From NCBI GenBank assembly GCA_951406725.2, contig OX597817.1, positions 27,714,001-27,778,000 on the forward strand: a stretch of DNA of 64,000 nt, written 5' to 3'. Shown piece after piece: positions 26,930 through 39,090 of this stretch. Positions within the stretch are counted from its first letter, which is position 1. Every line of letters begins with the position of its first letter. The position numbers and the translations under genes were made by a program. Below the pieces are notes generated by a model. The model saw nothing but the letters and a program-made list of their open reading frames with translations, did no database searches and was not told where the DNA came from. The DNA comes from Octopus vulgaris (lineage: Eukaryota).

Positions 26930-27170
26930 TAAGGCGCTAGAAAGGATCTTTGCATTTATAATCGGATGGTTGAGATTTAAGCGTGCCCACTCAAGTGTAC
27001 CCACTACCATGTCCATTGGCAGACCCACATGCGTAGCTGCTGGAGTGCCATGCGACGTTCTCACAGGCGTGTCTGTGTATTTGTGAGAGCAACAACGTCC
27101 AACATTTCCTGAGGTGTATTTAAAAGGGGATACGCACTTGTACTTTGTAGTGATCAAATGGCGGTGATCA
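26930..27170 (-). pseudogene. Possible DIRS-type tyrosine recombinase C-terminal relic
   Basis: LITTKYKCVS...KYTDTPVRTSHGTPAATHVGLPMDMVVGTLEWAR loosely follows the YR pattern (YTAHSVR.ASTSAA...G.P.D.IL.TAGW). Catalytic His and Tyr are not intact. Confidence 0.35.
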
Positions 27171-27514
27171 ATGCTACGTATGCTTGGTCAGTATGAAACA
27201 TTCTCACAGAATATGTGCTAGACATTGGAAATTAGTTTATTAGGATAATATTTCTATTGATATTATCATGATGCTTTTGAAGAAAAGCAATTTGTCATAA
27301 TGACATTAGCTTTTGAGATCTCTCTTTAGGAATGCAGTGTAGATCCGACGTGCGTGATGTACTTGCAGCTATGCGTATAGTTGATTAGCAGATAGAAAAA
27401 GCCTGTATCATGTACACAGGAGTCTGTGTCGTAGCTATAAATTATAGATAGGTTAATGAGTTTTATATCTGAACTCTAGATACATACAAACATATATATG
27501 TATAAACACACACA

Positions 27515-27586
<72 letters not shown>

Positions 27587-27594
27587 TATGTGTG

Positions 27595-27789
27595 TGTCTA
27601 TGTTTGTCCCCCAACATCGCTTGACAACCGATGCTAGTGTATTTACCTCCTCTTCACTTAGTGGTTCGGCAAAAGAGACCGATAGAATAAGTACTAGGCT
27701 TACAAAGAATAAGTCTTGGGATCGATTTCTTCGACTAAAGGTGGTGCTCCAGCATGGCCGCAGTCAAATGACTGAAACAAGTAAAAGAG

Positions 27790-27790
<1 letters not shown>
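27595..27790 (+). mobile_element. 3' half of family B (CORE-type) SINE
   Basis: GTCCCCCAACATCGCTTGACAACCGATG...CAGCATGGCCGCAGTCAAATGACTGAAACAAGTAAAAGAG, matching 31312-31505(-) and 61540-61686(+). Degraded copies at ~13590-13780 and 48090-48300. Confidence 0.85.
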
Positions 27791-27830
<40 letters not shown>

Positions 27831-30800
27831 GTGTGTGTATATATACATACATTTATTATATTATATTACTTTTTCCTTTTGTATAAATTATGGCGGAACG
27901 CTGGCAGAACAGATAGTACGACAGATAAAATGCTTAGCGGAATTTCATCCGTCTTGACGGTCTGAGTTGAAATTCGCCTTTCATTCAATCGCAGTCGATG
28001 AAAAAAGTGCCATTTTAGTGCTTGAGTGAATGTAATCGACTAGCCCCACTCCCTCACAATTTCAGGCTTTGCGCCTATAGTATATAAATGATTATTATAG
28101 TAGCTGGCTTACACAGTGTGATAATCAACCAAAAAGATTTGATAGAATATGGATATCATTAACGTATGCAGCAACTGTTTTACCTAAGCAGGGAGCATTT
28201 CGATCTCGAAGAGCTATCGTAGGTGATATGTTTCCAGGGTAGACGAATTTTCATATAGCAAGGAACGTATTGCTTTCGGTGACGTTCTCGAAGGAGAGAG
28301 CAATTGTCGTAGTGTGGGAAAATAAACCGTTCTATATTTTAAACAACAAAATATGTTCTTTCTCTCAGCAAGAGGATGAAATGATTCAAGATGATAAAAT
28401 GTTTTTTATATATGCCAAACTGTTTTCATCGATTTTGAGATGTTAGAAATATAGGAAAAGTGTGGGAAGGTGTAGAAAAATTTTGTTGCTTGAGATTGAC
28501 ATTCATATATGTTCTTATTGTTTGTACTTGTTACGTAAGGCGTCAAAACCGAATGAGAAGTATTACTAAGGATAGAATCTCGAATACAGTGGATATTACA
28601 TAATTAAGATTCGTCCTTATCCTGGTTGATTTTATCGGAAGAAGCTTCTGTACATAACACCTAAGAACATTTCATTATGTAATTAATGTATGTAAGAAGT
28701 TGAGAGTAGGCTGATATATATTGTTTGTACAGTGAAAACTTGGAAGAACAAAAGACAACAAATGTGGTGATTTTGTCAGCAGATTTATTACAATATTCAG
28801 GGCTCAGTAATGGCCGACAGAAGGATTCTACAATATCCTTAGAAAAAATTTTGTCAAGTGATAGAAATCCTGAATGAGACTCCAGATACCCAATGGTTGT
28901 TTTGTTTTCATCGCAATTACAGATAAGTGTATTCTAGTGGATGACTCCAGGTGAATCTATATTTTTTTTGTGTGTTTGAGATGGTAACATTTATCGGTGT
29001 ATATGTCGCGTCTGGATCAATTGTGAATTATATATGTTATTTGGAATATCTGTCTCCCAATGTGATTTCTGCCATTCACATAATCGAATATGCTTCTTAT
29101 GGATGGCTGAGTGCACCTCTTACTGAAACCCAATAGTCTCATCTTTTTTTATCTCACAAACTCACTCCACACCCTCTGCTCTAGAAATAACTAGTTTACT
29201 GATTCACCTTCCTTATGTAACAACCCACTGGAATTCTCTCTCTCTATTCAGCCGTCAACTTGGAATTATTCAGGATTTCAACGGTTTCTCAAGGCAAGCA
29301 AAGACCACACAGAAACCTTTCAGATATTCTACGTATACTCATATTGCTAGCAGTTAGCATCTTTTGTAGAAAGCTTCAAGCTTCAAGCAGTTAAGTTTAT
29401 AAACATATCTCAGTTAGTTATAGTAGTTTTGCTTATTCCCCTTTAAGAACCTACACGAAATAAATGCGTCAACGCTATGTTTCCCTTTTATTGTCAGTCC
29501 TAATGCACCTATTAGTAGAAGTTCAAGTTGCTGCAGTTGGTGTTTTAGTTATTACTATTGTTATTGATATTGATATCAGTGGTGGCGGGGTTACTCCTGA
29601 TCAGCTCTGATAGAGCAGACCTATGATCAAATACACTGCAGCCATGATTTTCTAGTATCTCTTTCAGACGTAATTTATTTAGCATTACATTATCTTCACG
29701 TGTTTCTCCTTTTATTTTTAAACAGGCAGGTTGTCATTTGAGGGAGATTTAGTCTTTAATTCTAGCTGATTAAATGACCACATTGACTTTCCTCTCGTTG
29801 GCTCATGAATTCTATTAACCAGGAAAGGTGAAATAATTGACTCTGTTTATCGTACATATATATACGTGGAATGAAAAAAAAATTTATAAACCTGTTTATC
29901 GTAGAAGTAGTCAGCTTTCACTATAATTTTACTTATTGCTAATGTATTTAATATCGATCTGTTCTTGTTACGTCAGTTTTATGTTGTTCTTGGTCATATG
30001 GGAACGTTCAGGCGATGCGGAAACAAAAGAAAAACAGAACTCCAGCTGGCAAGTCTGTTATTAGGTTTCTTGTTGCATAATTAATAGCTAATTAGAGACA
30101 CTCACATGTATAAACAAGATTCATAACAGCAGACATGAAATCTGTACTTAATTAAGAATATATCAGATATAAAGTCAGAGAAATATATAAATGTTTAAAA
30201 ACATCATGCAACTAATAATTCTCTTTTTCATGTTTAGCAAGTGTAATCAAGGTTACATGGAAATTTCTACAGTGTAACCTTGATATAAGTTACATCTTTA
30301 TAGAAAGGATCTTTTATTTTGTGATCAATATGAAGACAAAAACATGCGCAGTTTCAGCTTTCATGTCGTAAAGCGATTGTTTGATATCAAATAAAAAGTT
30401 AGCGCAATACATTACAAATCGTGATCGATCTGACCTGTTTGTTTTTTTTTTTCTTGTATCAATATCGATAGAGAGTGTTTACATCATGTGGAAGCCAAGA
30501 ACCAACGGAATGGCGCTCTATGTGGTTGCTTAAAACGCACCAAACTTTAGACAAATATACCTCATATAATTTTCTACCGTTTTATAACAGGGATGGGCAC
30601 ACTGTATAGTACAGGCCTAAATATATCATTTCTGAAAAAAAATCTTAAACGCCATGGTCAATCCTAGAAGAACTTTAGTTCATTGACCTATCCGAAATCT
30701 AAAGCACAATTATGCCAATTTTTATTGTTTTGGTTACTGTTGGCTAAATAAATCTGTGGTAGCTCTACAAAATTAGTTACATTTTGCTTCTGTTTATTCT

Positions 30801-31033
30801 TTATCGCCTCTGATGCCCCTCCCGCTTTTTACACGTGGACAGAGATATTAAGAAGCCATATTTTGCAGAACATTTTTATGTTTCTACATTTTACTTTTAT
30901 AAATACATATATATATACGTTTTGGTTGATTTGCTAAATTTGTCTTGAGAACATTTCTTCGTGGTAAGACCATAGCGGATCTATTTCTAGCATAAGGGTG
31001 TCCACATAGTGGTTTCCCTCTAATATATATATA

Positions 31034-31256
31034 TTTTCCTTCCGGTCTTTCAAAATGTGACCTCGTGTGTACCGTTGGCGATTTTTTTCCCTCTGTCTTC
31101 CCTTCTCTGGATCTTTCCTTCTCCTATGTTTCCGACGAAGAGCTCCGCTCGAAACGTTAAACCCTCCTTCTTTTCTTCTTTCCTAAGCGTCCAATAATAC
31201 TATATTTGTTCCACGTCCTCGCGTTGTTGTGTTTTTTTGTGCTTTCTTGTTTGGAT

Positions 31257-31260
<4 letters not shown>
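31034..31260 (+). mobile_element. ~225-bp PLE-terminal-repeat-like module between (TA)n tracts, with a minimal hammerhead (31128-31162)
   Basis: GTTT-CCGACGA-A-GAGC-TCC-GCTC-GAAA-CG-TT-AAAC: U4C core variant, extra A after A9, palindromic AACGTT in place of stem III. Confidence 0.6.
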
Positions 31261-31311
<51 letters not shown>

Positions 31312-31313
<2 letters not shown>

Positions 31314-31543
31314 TCTTTTACTTGTTTCAGTCATTTGATTGTGGCCATGCTGGAGCACCACCTTTAGTTGAGCAAATCGACCCCAGGACTTATTCTTTGT
31401 AAGCCTAGTAGTTATTCTATGGGTCTCTTTTGCCGAAACGCTAAGTTGCGAGGACGTAAGCAAACCAGCATCGGTTGTCAGACGATGTTGGGGGGGGGGG
31501 CAAACACAGACACACAAACATATACACACGCACACACACACAT

Positions 31544-31598
<55 letters not shown>

Positions 31599-31750
31599 TA
31601 CATACATATATAGGACGGGCTTCTTTCAGTTTTCGTCTACCAAATCCACTCACAAGGCTTTGGTCAGCCCGAGGGTATAAGTAAAAGACACTTGCTCGCG
31701 GTGCCACGCAGTGGGACTGAATCCGGAATCATGTGGTTCGTAAGCAAGCT
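31312..31750 (-). mobile_element. Near-complete family B CORE-type SINE with internal microsatellite
   Basis: Minus strand shows B-box-like GGATTCAGTCCC, then CACCGCGAGCAAGTGTCTTT (CORE-like), ...GAAAGAAGCCCGTC, a (TA/TC/TG)n tract and the 3' half; colinear with 61326-61686. Confidence 0.88.
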
Positions 31751-31978
31751 ATATATATATATATATGTATATGTATGTGTGTATGTATGTATGTATGTAT
31801 GTATGTATGTATGCATTTCATACACACTTCTAAGTCACTGTCAACAGCATTCTTGTCCAGAAGTAATGCATTTGTACTCTAAATATGTATAGAGTAACCC
31901 ATCACATTAACGTAAAGTTGTATAACTATACTTAAAATCAAAATTTATATATATATATACATATATATATATATGTGT

Positions 31979-32054
<76 letters not shown>

Positions 32055-32148
32055 ATACATATATTTATATATATACCGGAGTAAACACATAAATGTGAAA
32101 CAAGGTGGGAAAAAAAGAGTACTCAAATACCAGTGGTAGAGTAATATG

Positions 32149-32250
32149 CTTTATTTAAAGCAGCAGAAAATTCTACAAAACCTGTTACTCTGAGTTTCGC
32201 GAAACTCAGAGTAACAGGCTTTGTAGAATTTTCTGCTGCTTTAAATAAAG
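32149..32250. repeat. 102-bp spacerless palindrome (1 mismatch)
   Basis: CTTTATTTAAAGCAGC...GAGTTTCG|CGAAACTC...GCTGCTTTAAATAAAG, centre between 32199 and 32200. Confidence 0.95.
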
Positions 32251-32371
<121 letters not shown>

Positions 32372-32727
32372 TCTGTTATATAGACTAGAAATATGTTCGT
32401 ATGAAAACTAAGAAGAATATTCATCGTCCCAGATTAGCAGAATATTAGCGTATTCATGAACGGTTGTCTGATCATACTTGACTAAAATAGCTGGCTGGTC
32501 CAGCAGATGGCATTCGGAACAGCAGAGCAGTAAACTAATTATCCTAATTATTCCCTGGGCCGATGCAGCCAATGGAGGAAATTCGATCATAAGCGTAATG
32601 AAGCAGACGAAAGATATAGTGATGCGTGGGACGCAGCGAGTAAGGACCTTTTTTAACCGATTTATATTAACGACACACAAACATATGCATATTTACGGAT
32701 GTGCATATTCATATATATATATGTATG

Positions 32728-32957
32728 TACAACTAAAAATAAGGGTGTCTGAGAGACACCACCATGCCGAAATAGCAGTCAAAACCCTGACTCTAAGAAC
32801 CACGTTGAATGTTCAGTAATATTTTTTGCTAGTCTATTTTGTCCTTCTGTCTTATCTCATGGTGCGATATGAACATTTAACGTGGTTCTTAGAGTCAGGG
32901 TTTTGACTGCTATTTCGGCATGGTGGTGTCTCTCAGACACCCTTATTTTTAGTTGTA
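32728..32957. repeat. Inverted repeat with 88-bp arms (1 mismatch) and 54-bp spacer; MITE-like with TA ends
   Basis: 32728-32815 is the reverse complement of 32870-32957; ends TA-CAACTAAAAATAAGGG...CCCTTATTTTTAGTTG-TA. Confidence 0.92.
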
Positions 32958-33046
32958 AAAAAATTATTACCTTTGTATGGTAATTTTCCCATGCTGGCCA
33001 CTTGATAATATCGATATTTAAATATCGATATTATCCTTATTTATAA

Positions 33047-33077
<31 letters not shown>

Positions 33078-33399
33078 TGTATGTATGTATGTATGTATGT
33101 ATGTATGTATGTATGCATGCCTCCTTCTTTACAATCGTCTCTTGTTTAAAAGTTATCTGCTCAAAGGACAACTGACAAACTTTAATGTTTTCAGCTTGAT
33201 AAATAGCGGAATAAATTATTGTTTTCGGCCAGGAATCCCTGGATAGCTGTAATTACATTTCTGTTGCTTCTTTTTATATTTTACGATTATATTTCCTCCC
33301 TTAGCTGATCGGGTATTCTCTTCTTGCTGAAGCATTACCACATATATATGTATATATATATACATTTTAATGTGTTGCAAGATACCTCATGTGAAACCG

Positions 33400-34930
33400 T
33401 GTCTTGAAAGATTGTTATATTTCGGGATAGCTTTTTTTTTCTTTTTCTTTGCCAAATAAACACACGCACGACATATTCGTTCTTCACTCGTTTATTACTG
33501 TTTTTATTTTAACTGGTGTCCATTGCCCGGAAATCTTTCGTCACACATCTGTGACCTCTTCAGCGACCCTTTCCTTCCTCTTGTATCCTCCTGCTCTGCT
33601 TAGTCCATTCTGACCTTTTACGATGCGCATGCATTTGCGTCTGTATCTGTGTGCGTGCGTGCGTATGTGTGTGTTTGTGTGCGTATGCGTGTCTATGTGT
33701 TTCTCGTGTGAGCCTATGTATGTGTTTATAGATTTGCTCACTACACTGTTTATATTCGTGGCATTTATATTGTTGGTATCGTCATCGTCGTTGTTCTTAG
33801 TGGTGCTTTAACCCTGACCTCACTTACATTTTCCCTTCTTTTGCTGCTGCTGCTGCTGCTGCTACTGTTGCTGTTGTGGACCCTTAATTTTGAGATCGTT
33901 TTTGCATCTTTCTGTGTTTGTGTGTGGATGTGGATTTGCTGACTATGTTGTTTGTATCCGTGTCCTTTATATAGTTTTATGTTTCTGTTTACTTATCTCT
34001 ATTTCTTATATTTATCATTATATGTGTATGTTTGTCTTTTGTCTGTATTACACTGTTTGTATATGTGTCTTTTTTTTCCCTTCTGTCTTTAGTCGTCATG
34101 TTGTGTGATGCGGTGATGGGGATGTTCTTGTTCCATTCGTGTTTTCTGTTGAGGTTCGATCTGTCTATTACTATGTTTGTGGCCTTTATAATCTAAGTAT
34201 CGTGTCAGTTCTATGCGTTGATATTACCTTAACCTCTATAATATTAACCAAGCCTCTATGTTCTGCTCGAGCATGTTGGTCGTGCACTGACGAGCATTAC
34301 TTCTTTTTGATCTCCCGCCAGTTGCCATCTATTCCTTCCCCTGTGCTGAGTGCCGTCTCCCTAATGTAAGTTGTTGCCTTGTTTCCTTTCGTTCCTCAGT
34401 ACTCTGTAAGCTATTCTTAATCTCACAGTTAACCTGTAGTTTCATCCTACACATTATACTGTAGTCCTCCGTACACTAGGACCTCTCGAAGAGATACGTT
34501 CAGGGGATTCTATGGGGCTTCCAGACGTTTCTACTACTTTAATCCTTAGATTTTTATTTTCTAATGCTTTTCTAAAAAGGTACCCTACTTCGCCGCCAAG
34601 GATAGCATCGACGAACGTGACACTCTGGTAATTCTTGTTGCCATACCACGAGTTGGCCTTATTTATCTTTTTTCTGGTCCTTTCTGTGCTGTTCCAGGAT
34701 TTACTACAGTATAACGGGCAGAACCCCTTTTGCAACGCCCTCTATGATGGCCGTGTACTTAGCCTCGGCTCCTTTGTACATTCTAATCCTCTTCTTTGGT
34801 CATAGCCAGAGAACTACATGCGGTGAATGAAGTGCTGTATATCTTTCCAGTTCTATAGGCTCGCACATGCAGGGCACATTCGCTATCACTTTCACCAAGT
34901 CTGCTATTAGAATATTGGACTTGTGGCTAA
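33400..34930 (-). mobile_element. 5'-truncated degenerate Penelope-like element (RT thumb, linker, GIY-YIG, long 3' region with hammerhead)
   Basis: Minus-strand fragments KSNILIADLVKV...HFIHRM*FSGYDQ...SWYGNKNYQSVTFVD...RIKVVETSG...TYIRETALS (YIGETxRS motif); HHR fold at 33525-33569 near the 3' end. Confidence 0.75.
33525..33569 (-). ncRNA. Minimal type I hammerhead ribozyme at PLE 3' end
   Basis: GGGTCG-CTGAAGA-G-GTCACA-GATG-TGTGAC-GAAA-GATT-TC-CGGGC: intact core, 6-bp stem II, stem I only ~3 bp. Confidence 0.65.
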
Positions 34931-35486
34931 CGACTATGGGAAGGATGGCTTCCTTTTGCAAATACTGATAGGGCACAGAAAGTGTTCCAATAGCCAGCTG
35001 GAGAAGATGTTCTCCTGGGACTACAAGCTACAGTAGCATCCACTCTAAGTGGTTAGCCACATTTAAGTGGCAAATATACTTCACATTGGCATGCAGCTAC
35101 TGTTTATACCTCGTTCAGAGATTTATTATTGCTTGTTTACACTTTTTTGAGATCGGTGACTTTTCGTCACTGGAAAAAGGATATATGTATTTGCATTGGG
35201 AAACCTTCGCATTGAAGACCGGTGATTGTCGTGCGCTGACGATGGGTAAATACTCAGAAACCCGGGTCCATGCGTATCACGTCAGGTCGACGATGGGAAG
35301 GATGGCTTCCCTTTGCAAATACTGATAGGGCACAGAATGTGTGTCTATGGCCAGCTGGAGAAGATGTTCTCCTGGGGCTACAAGCTACAGTAGCATCCAC
35401 CCTTAGTGGTTAGCCACATTTAAGTGACGAATATACATCATATTGTCGTGCAGCTACTGTTTATAACTCGTTCAGAGATTTATTAT
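34931..35486 (+). repeat. 357-bp unit in ~1.55 tandem copies containing a hammerhead (retrozyme-like)
   Basis: 34931-35129 repeats at 35288-35486 (199 bp, about 17 mismatches by hand count, no indels); HHR between the copies; ends in (TA)n. Confidence 0.82.
35230..35274 (+). ncRNA. Type I hammerhead ribozyme, intact core
   Basis: CGTGCG-CTGACGA-TGGGT-AAAT-ACTCA-GAAA-CCCGGG-TC-CATGCG; palindromic stem III ACCCGGGT; predicted cleavage after C35268 (GUC). Confidence 0.8.
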
Positions 35487-37243
35487 ATATATATGTATAT
35501 GCTCCCATTATTTTCGCAGTAAATCATGTTGTATTTAGATATATGTATTCTTGTTTTTATGTCAGCAGTTAAAATGATATCAATGACTTAGATTACACAT
35601 TTAAAAATTCCCAGGACCATGCTTGTTTCATTATTTTGAATTTTAATTGTCATTTACGGACAACTGGAGTTCTACTGTCAAGTTTAGATTTGTATCTTGA
35701 AGATGGAGAAAATTTTAATCATAATTAGTGATGTTGAAATAACTGAGGTGGTTATTTATGAAGAAATTTGAATTGTTATACTTCATGCTTACGAAATATC
35801 CAAAGAGTATTAAACCTCTTTAATGTGACTTTGAATCTGTGAACGTAGAAAAGCATTAACCCCTGTTGAAAATGCTGGATTTCCTATCACAAGAACAAAT
35901 ACGACCAGAAGATTATGACTTAAAAAATCTTACGTAAAGCACAAATTGCGACTACAGGTAATCAACAGAACATTATACTTCAAGGGCAAAAAAAAAAAAA
36001 TTAAATATGTATGCATACAATGCAACCCAGGAAATTTTCAATCTTTGGCTTAGAAATTCCAATCATGTTATTGTTGCTTAAATCGAGAAGATCAATTGTC
36101 AATGATGTTTCAGTCATCAACATCCTGTCATTTTTCCAGCCATTGTATCTAGGACTACATCATACAATTACAGATTCCTTTTTTTTTTATTCAATATGAT
36201 CTGAAGGAAATTTGAATGAGATTTCTAACAGAAGTTTGGCTTCCAGAGAAGGCAGTTTTTAACTTATGCTGTGTATTCTCGCAGTTTTATATTTTAATCT
36301 TACAACTATAATATGTTGTCTTACGACTACACAGTGCTTTTGAAAGCGATTTAGATATTCGAATAGGTTGTCTTTGTATGAACACTTTGCTTGATCGCAC
36401 GAAAGATATAATAAAAGATTCGATTCGTTTATTTAGCCAACGCATTCCATATAACAGGTGCACAAAGCAAAGCCTTAACATCCATCCTTATTCCCCATAA
36501 CCTTCCTGCTATATTTCATTAAATCCTTATTATCTCTGAGTGTATTATTTGCTGTTCAGTTGTGGCCGCTTTTGCTTAAATAAAACGTATCCATACAAAG
36601 AAACCATTTGCAATCCAGTATGTGAATGTCGTAGTAATCGATGCAGATGGCTTGCTCGTGGATCTGTTCGCTGCGTTTTGATTTCGAAATAATTGTCTTC
36701 AACCTCAAGATTTTTATTTACTCAATTCCAGATTAAATCATGCGATTAGTCTCAGCAATGATCAGATATTAGATCACAGGAACGAATTGTTTACATTAAT
36801 ATTATCCACCTTGCAGGCTCAGATAAGGAAAATCGATTACGGAAGATTGGACAAATAGTTTGTATAGAAAACACTTTGTTGTCAGGAAACATTGCCCAGT
36901 GAATTTACAATATATACAACTCAGATCTTCAGTTCGCTGCTTGGAGTATGAAGGTGTAAACGATGGCGAAGAAAACCATCATTAGAATTAAAACAGGAAG
37001 ACATTGGTCAAATTTGACTACTGTGAAACTTGTCCGTCGTAATTGGGATTGCAACTGTGAAAAATAGCTGCGGCGCAACAATGGCGATGATTTTGTTCGC
37101 AGCCGAATCTATCATATCTAGTACCAATAATTCAAAATATATGCCGGCCTCACAGAAATTCTCTTCCAAAATTCACTGCTAATAAAATCATCAAATGTTG
37201 ACAATTCTATTTATATTTTTGTGGTATGTTGAATTAAATTCAA

Positions 37244-37308
<65 letters not shown>

Positions 37309-37629
37309 GAGAATGTGAGATCCATGGTACAGTTGGGTATATTTGAAAAAGAAAATGAATGACTTTACTGTTGTTCTAATCAGCTTAATTTATTATTATT
37401 ATTATTATTATTATTTTAATAATATGAAATTTAGTTCTATCTATGTACTATAATTTATATTGTTAAAAAATTTTTAAATGATAAGTGAAACTGATGAGAA
37501 CTACCAGTAAAGTCATTTCTTTTCTTGTTTCAAATATATATTACTCAAAGAAATTCCAGCTTTGTCTGATCCACGCTTAATTTACAGTTTTATAATAACA
37601 TAATATAATATAACATAATGTAATGAAAT

Positions 37630-39090
37630 GACAGAATATTAAATTTCCATGCTGGTCCAGCATGTCCTACCCACCGTCTAAGCAATTTTTCTAGACATTG
37701 TTTTGAAACCACTATGTACATACATACCCAGTTTTATCCGGGATGACAGCAACTTCCCTTCACATCTTCCCAAAACAACTGAAACAAATTCACTTCTGCT
37801 TAATTTTGATGTGGTAAACCTTTACACAATAGTCCACATGATTTAGGAATAAAAGAGATTAAATACTGTGTAGAAAAACATACAGAAGTGATCCCCAACA
37901 AATTTACAGTGCCATTTATATTAGATACAGTCAGACGTATTCTGGAAAACAACACGTACTTCTTCAATGGAAAGAATTACATCCACATTAAAGGCACGGC
38001 GATGGGAACGAGGTCTTCTCCCGTTTACTCGAACTCTGTAACAAGAATTCTACCAAGAGGTAGAGGAAAACTATAGTACTGAATTTAGAAAGTATGTTGA
38101 AAAGGCATGGCAGAGATATCATGATGATTGCTTCATAATCTGGACAGAAGTGTATTTAGAAAATACATTTGAAGAGTTTAATATCCTCCTGAACAGCCCA
38201 CACCTATCTCCCCAATATAGAAAGGAGATGAATAGTACCAAATTACCATTCCTAGATATGTTGGTAATTATAAAGAACACCGCCATTACTACAGATATAT
38301 ACTACAAACACACGCAAACACATCGATACTTGAATTTTAAGTCGTGCCATCCACCACATACAAAACGCAATATGCCATACTGCCTACCCAGAAGAATGTG
38401 TACCATTGTAGAAGAAACGAATATCAGAAACAAACGCCTAACAGAACTAAGAGAATTTTTGCACAAACAAAAATACCCGTCTCTACATATAGAAAATGGA
38501 ATACAGCGAGATTTAAAAACACCTATACAACAGATGAGGACAACTCAAAGAAGAGGAAAACAAGAACAATTCATAGCATTTATAATGACATACGATCTAT
38601 ATCACCAGATTATCTTCAACATTGCCAAAGGAAACCTACCAATCATTGCTCAAGTAATGAATTAAAAGATAGAATCACAGGTTGAGCTATGATACTTCGT
38701 AAAAGAAGCCTAAAAACTTGAAAAAATTATTAACAAAGTTTGACCATAGCAACAAAGACCAATCATTCACTGTACCTAAATGCAAAGATATCCGATGTAG
38801 CACAATGCCAATTCATACATACTGGCTAATATATGAGCACAAAAACCGGGAAAATATTCACAAACGCAAATATGAACTGTAAAAGCAGAATTTTTTATTT
38901 ACTGCATCAAATACCCGAATTGTGAAGAACTATATGTGGGTCAGACTGGAAATGCACAATCAGAACGTTCACGTGCGGACCAACAGCAAATTAGAGACCC
39001 AGATGTCCGTCACATACCTTCGAGTAGCCATCTGGCAAAATGTGGTCGGAAAATATTTATATTTCCATTCTACAAAAATATGCACACATA
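37630..39090 (+). pseudogene. Degenerate Penelope-like element ORF (RT, Cys linker, GIY-YIG)
   Basis: GPACPTHRLSNFLDIVLKP...FDVVNLYT...KGTAMGT...RYHDDCF...LPFLD...DIYYK...YLNFKSCHP...CKDIRCS...YCIKYPNCEELYVGQTG; several frameshifts. Confidence 0.92.

Noticed and set aside
28400-29140. Possible minus-strand LINE RT C-terminus
   Set aside because: Only vague similarity (GVI...RPLL.EYC); too degraded to call.
32408-32680. GC-richer stretch with overlapping ORFs on both strands
   Set aside because: No recognisable domain or convincing splice-site pair; lies among repeats.
37485-37522. CTGATGA-GAACTACCAGT-AAAGTC upstream of the PLE ORF
   Set aside because: GAAA and the 3' side of stem II are incomplete; cannot be supported without a consensus.
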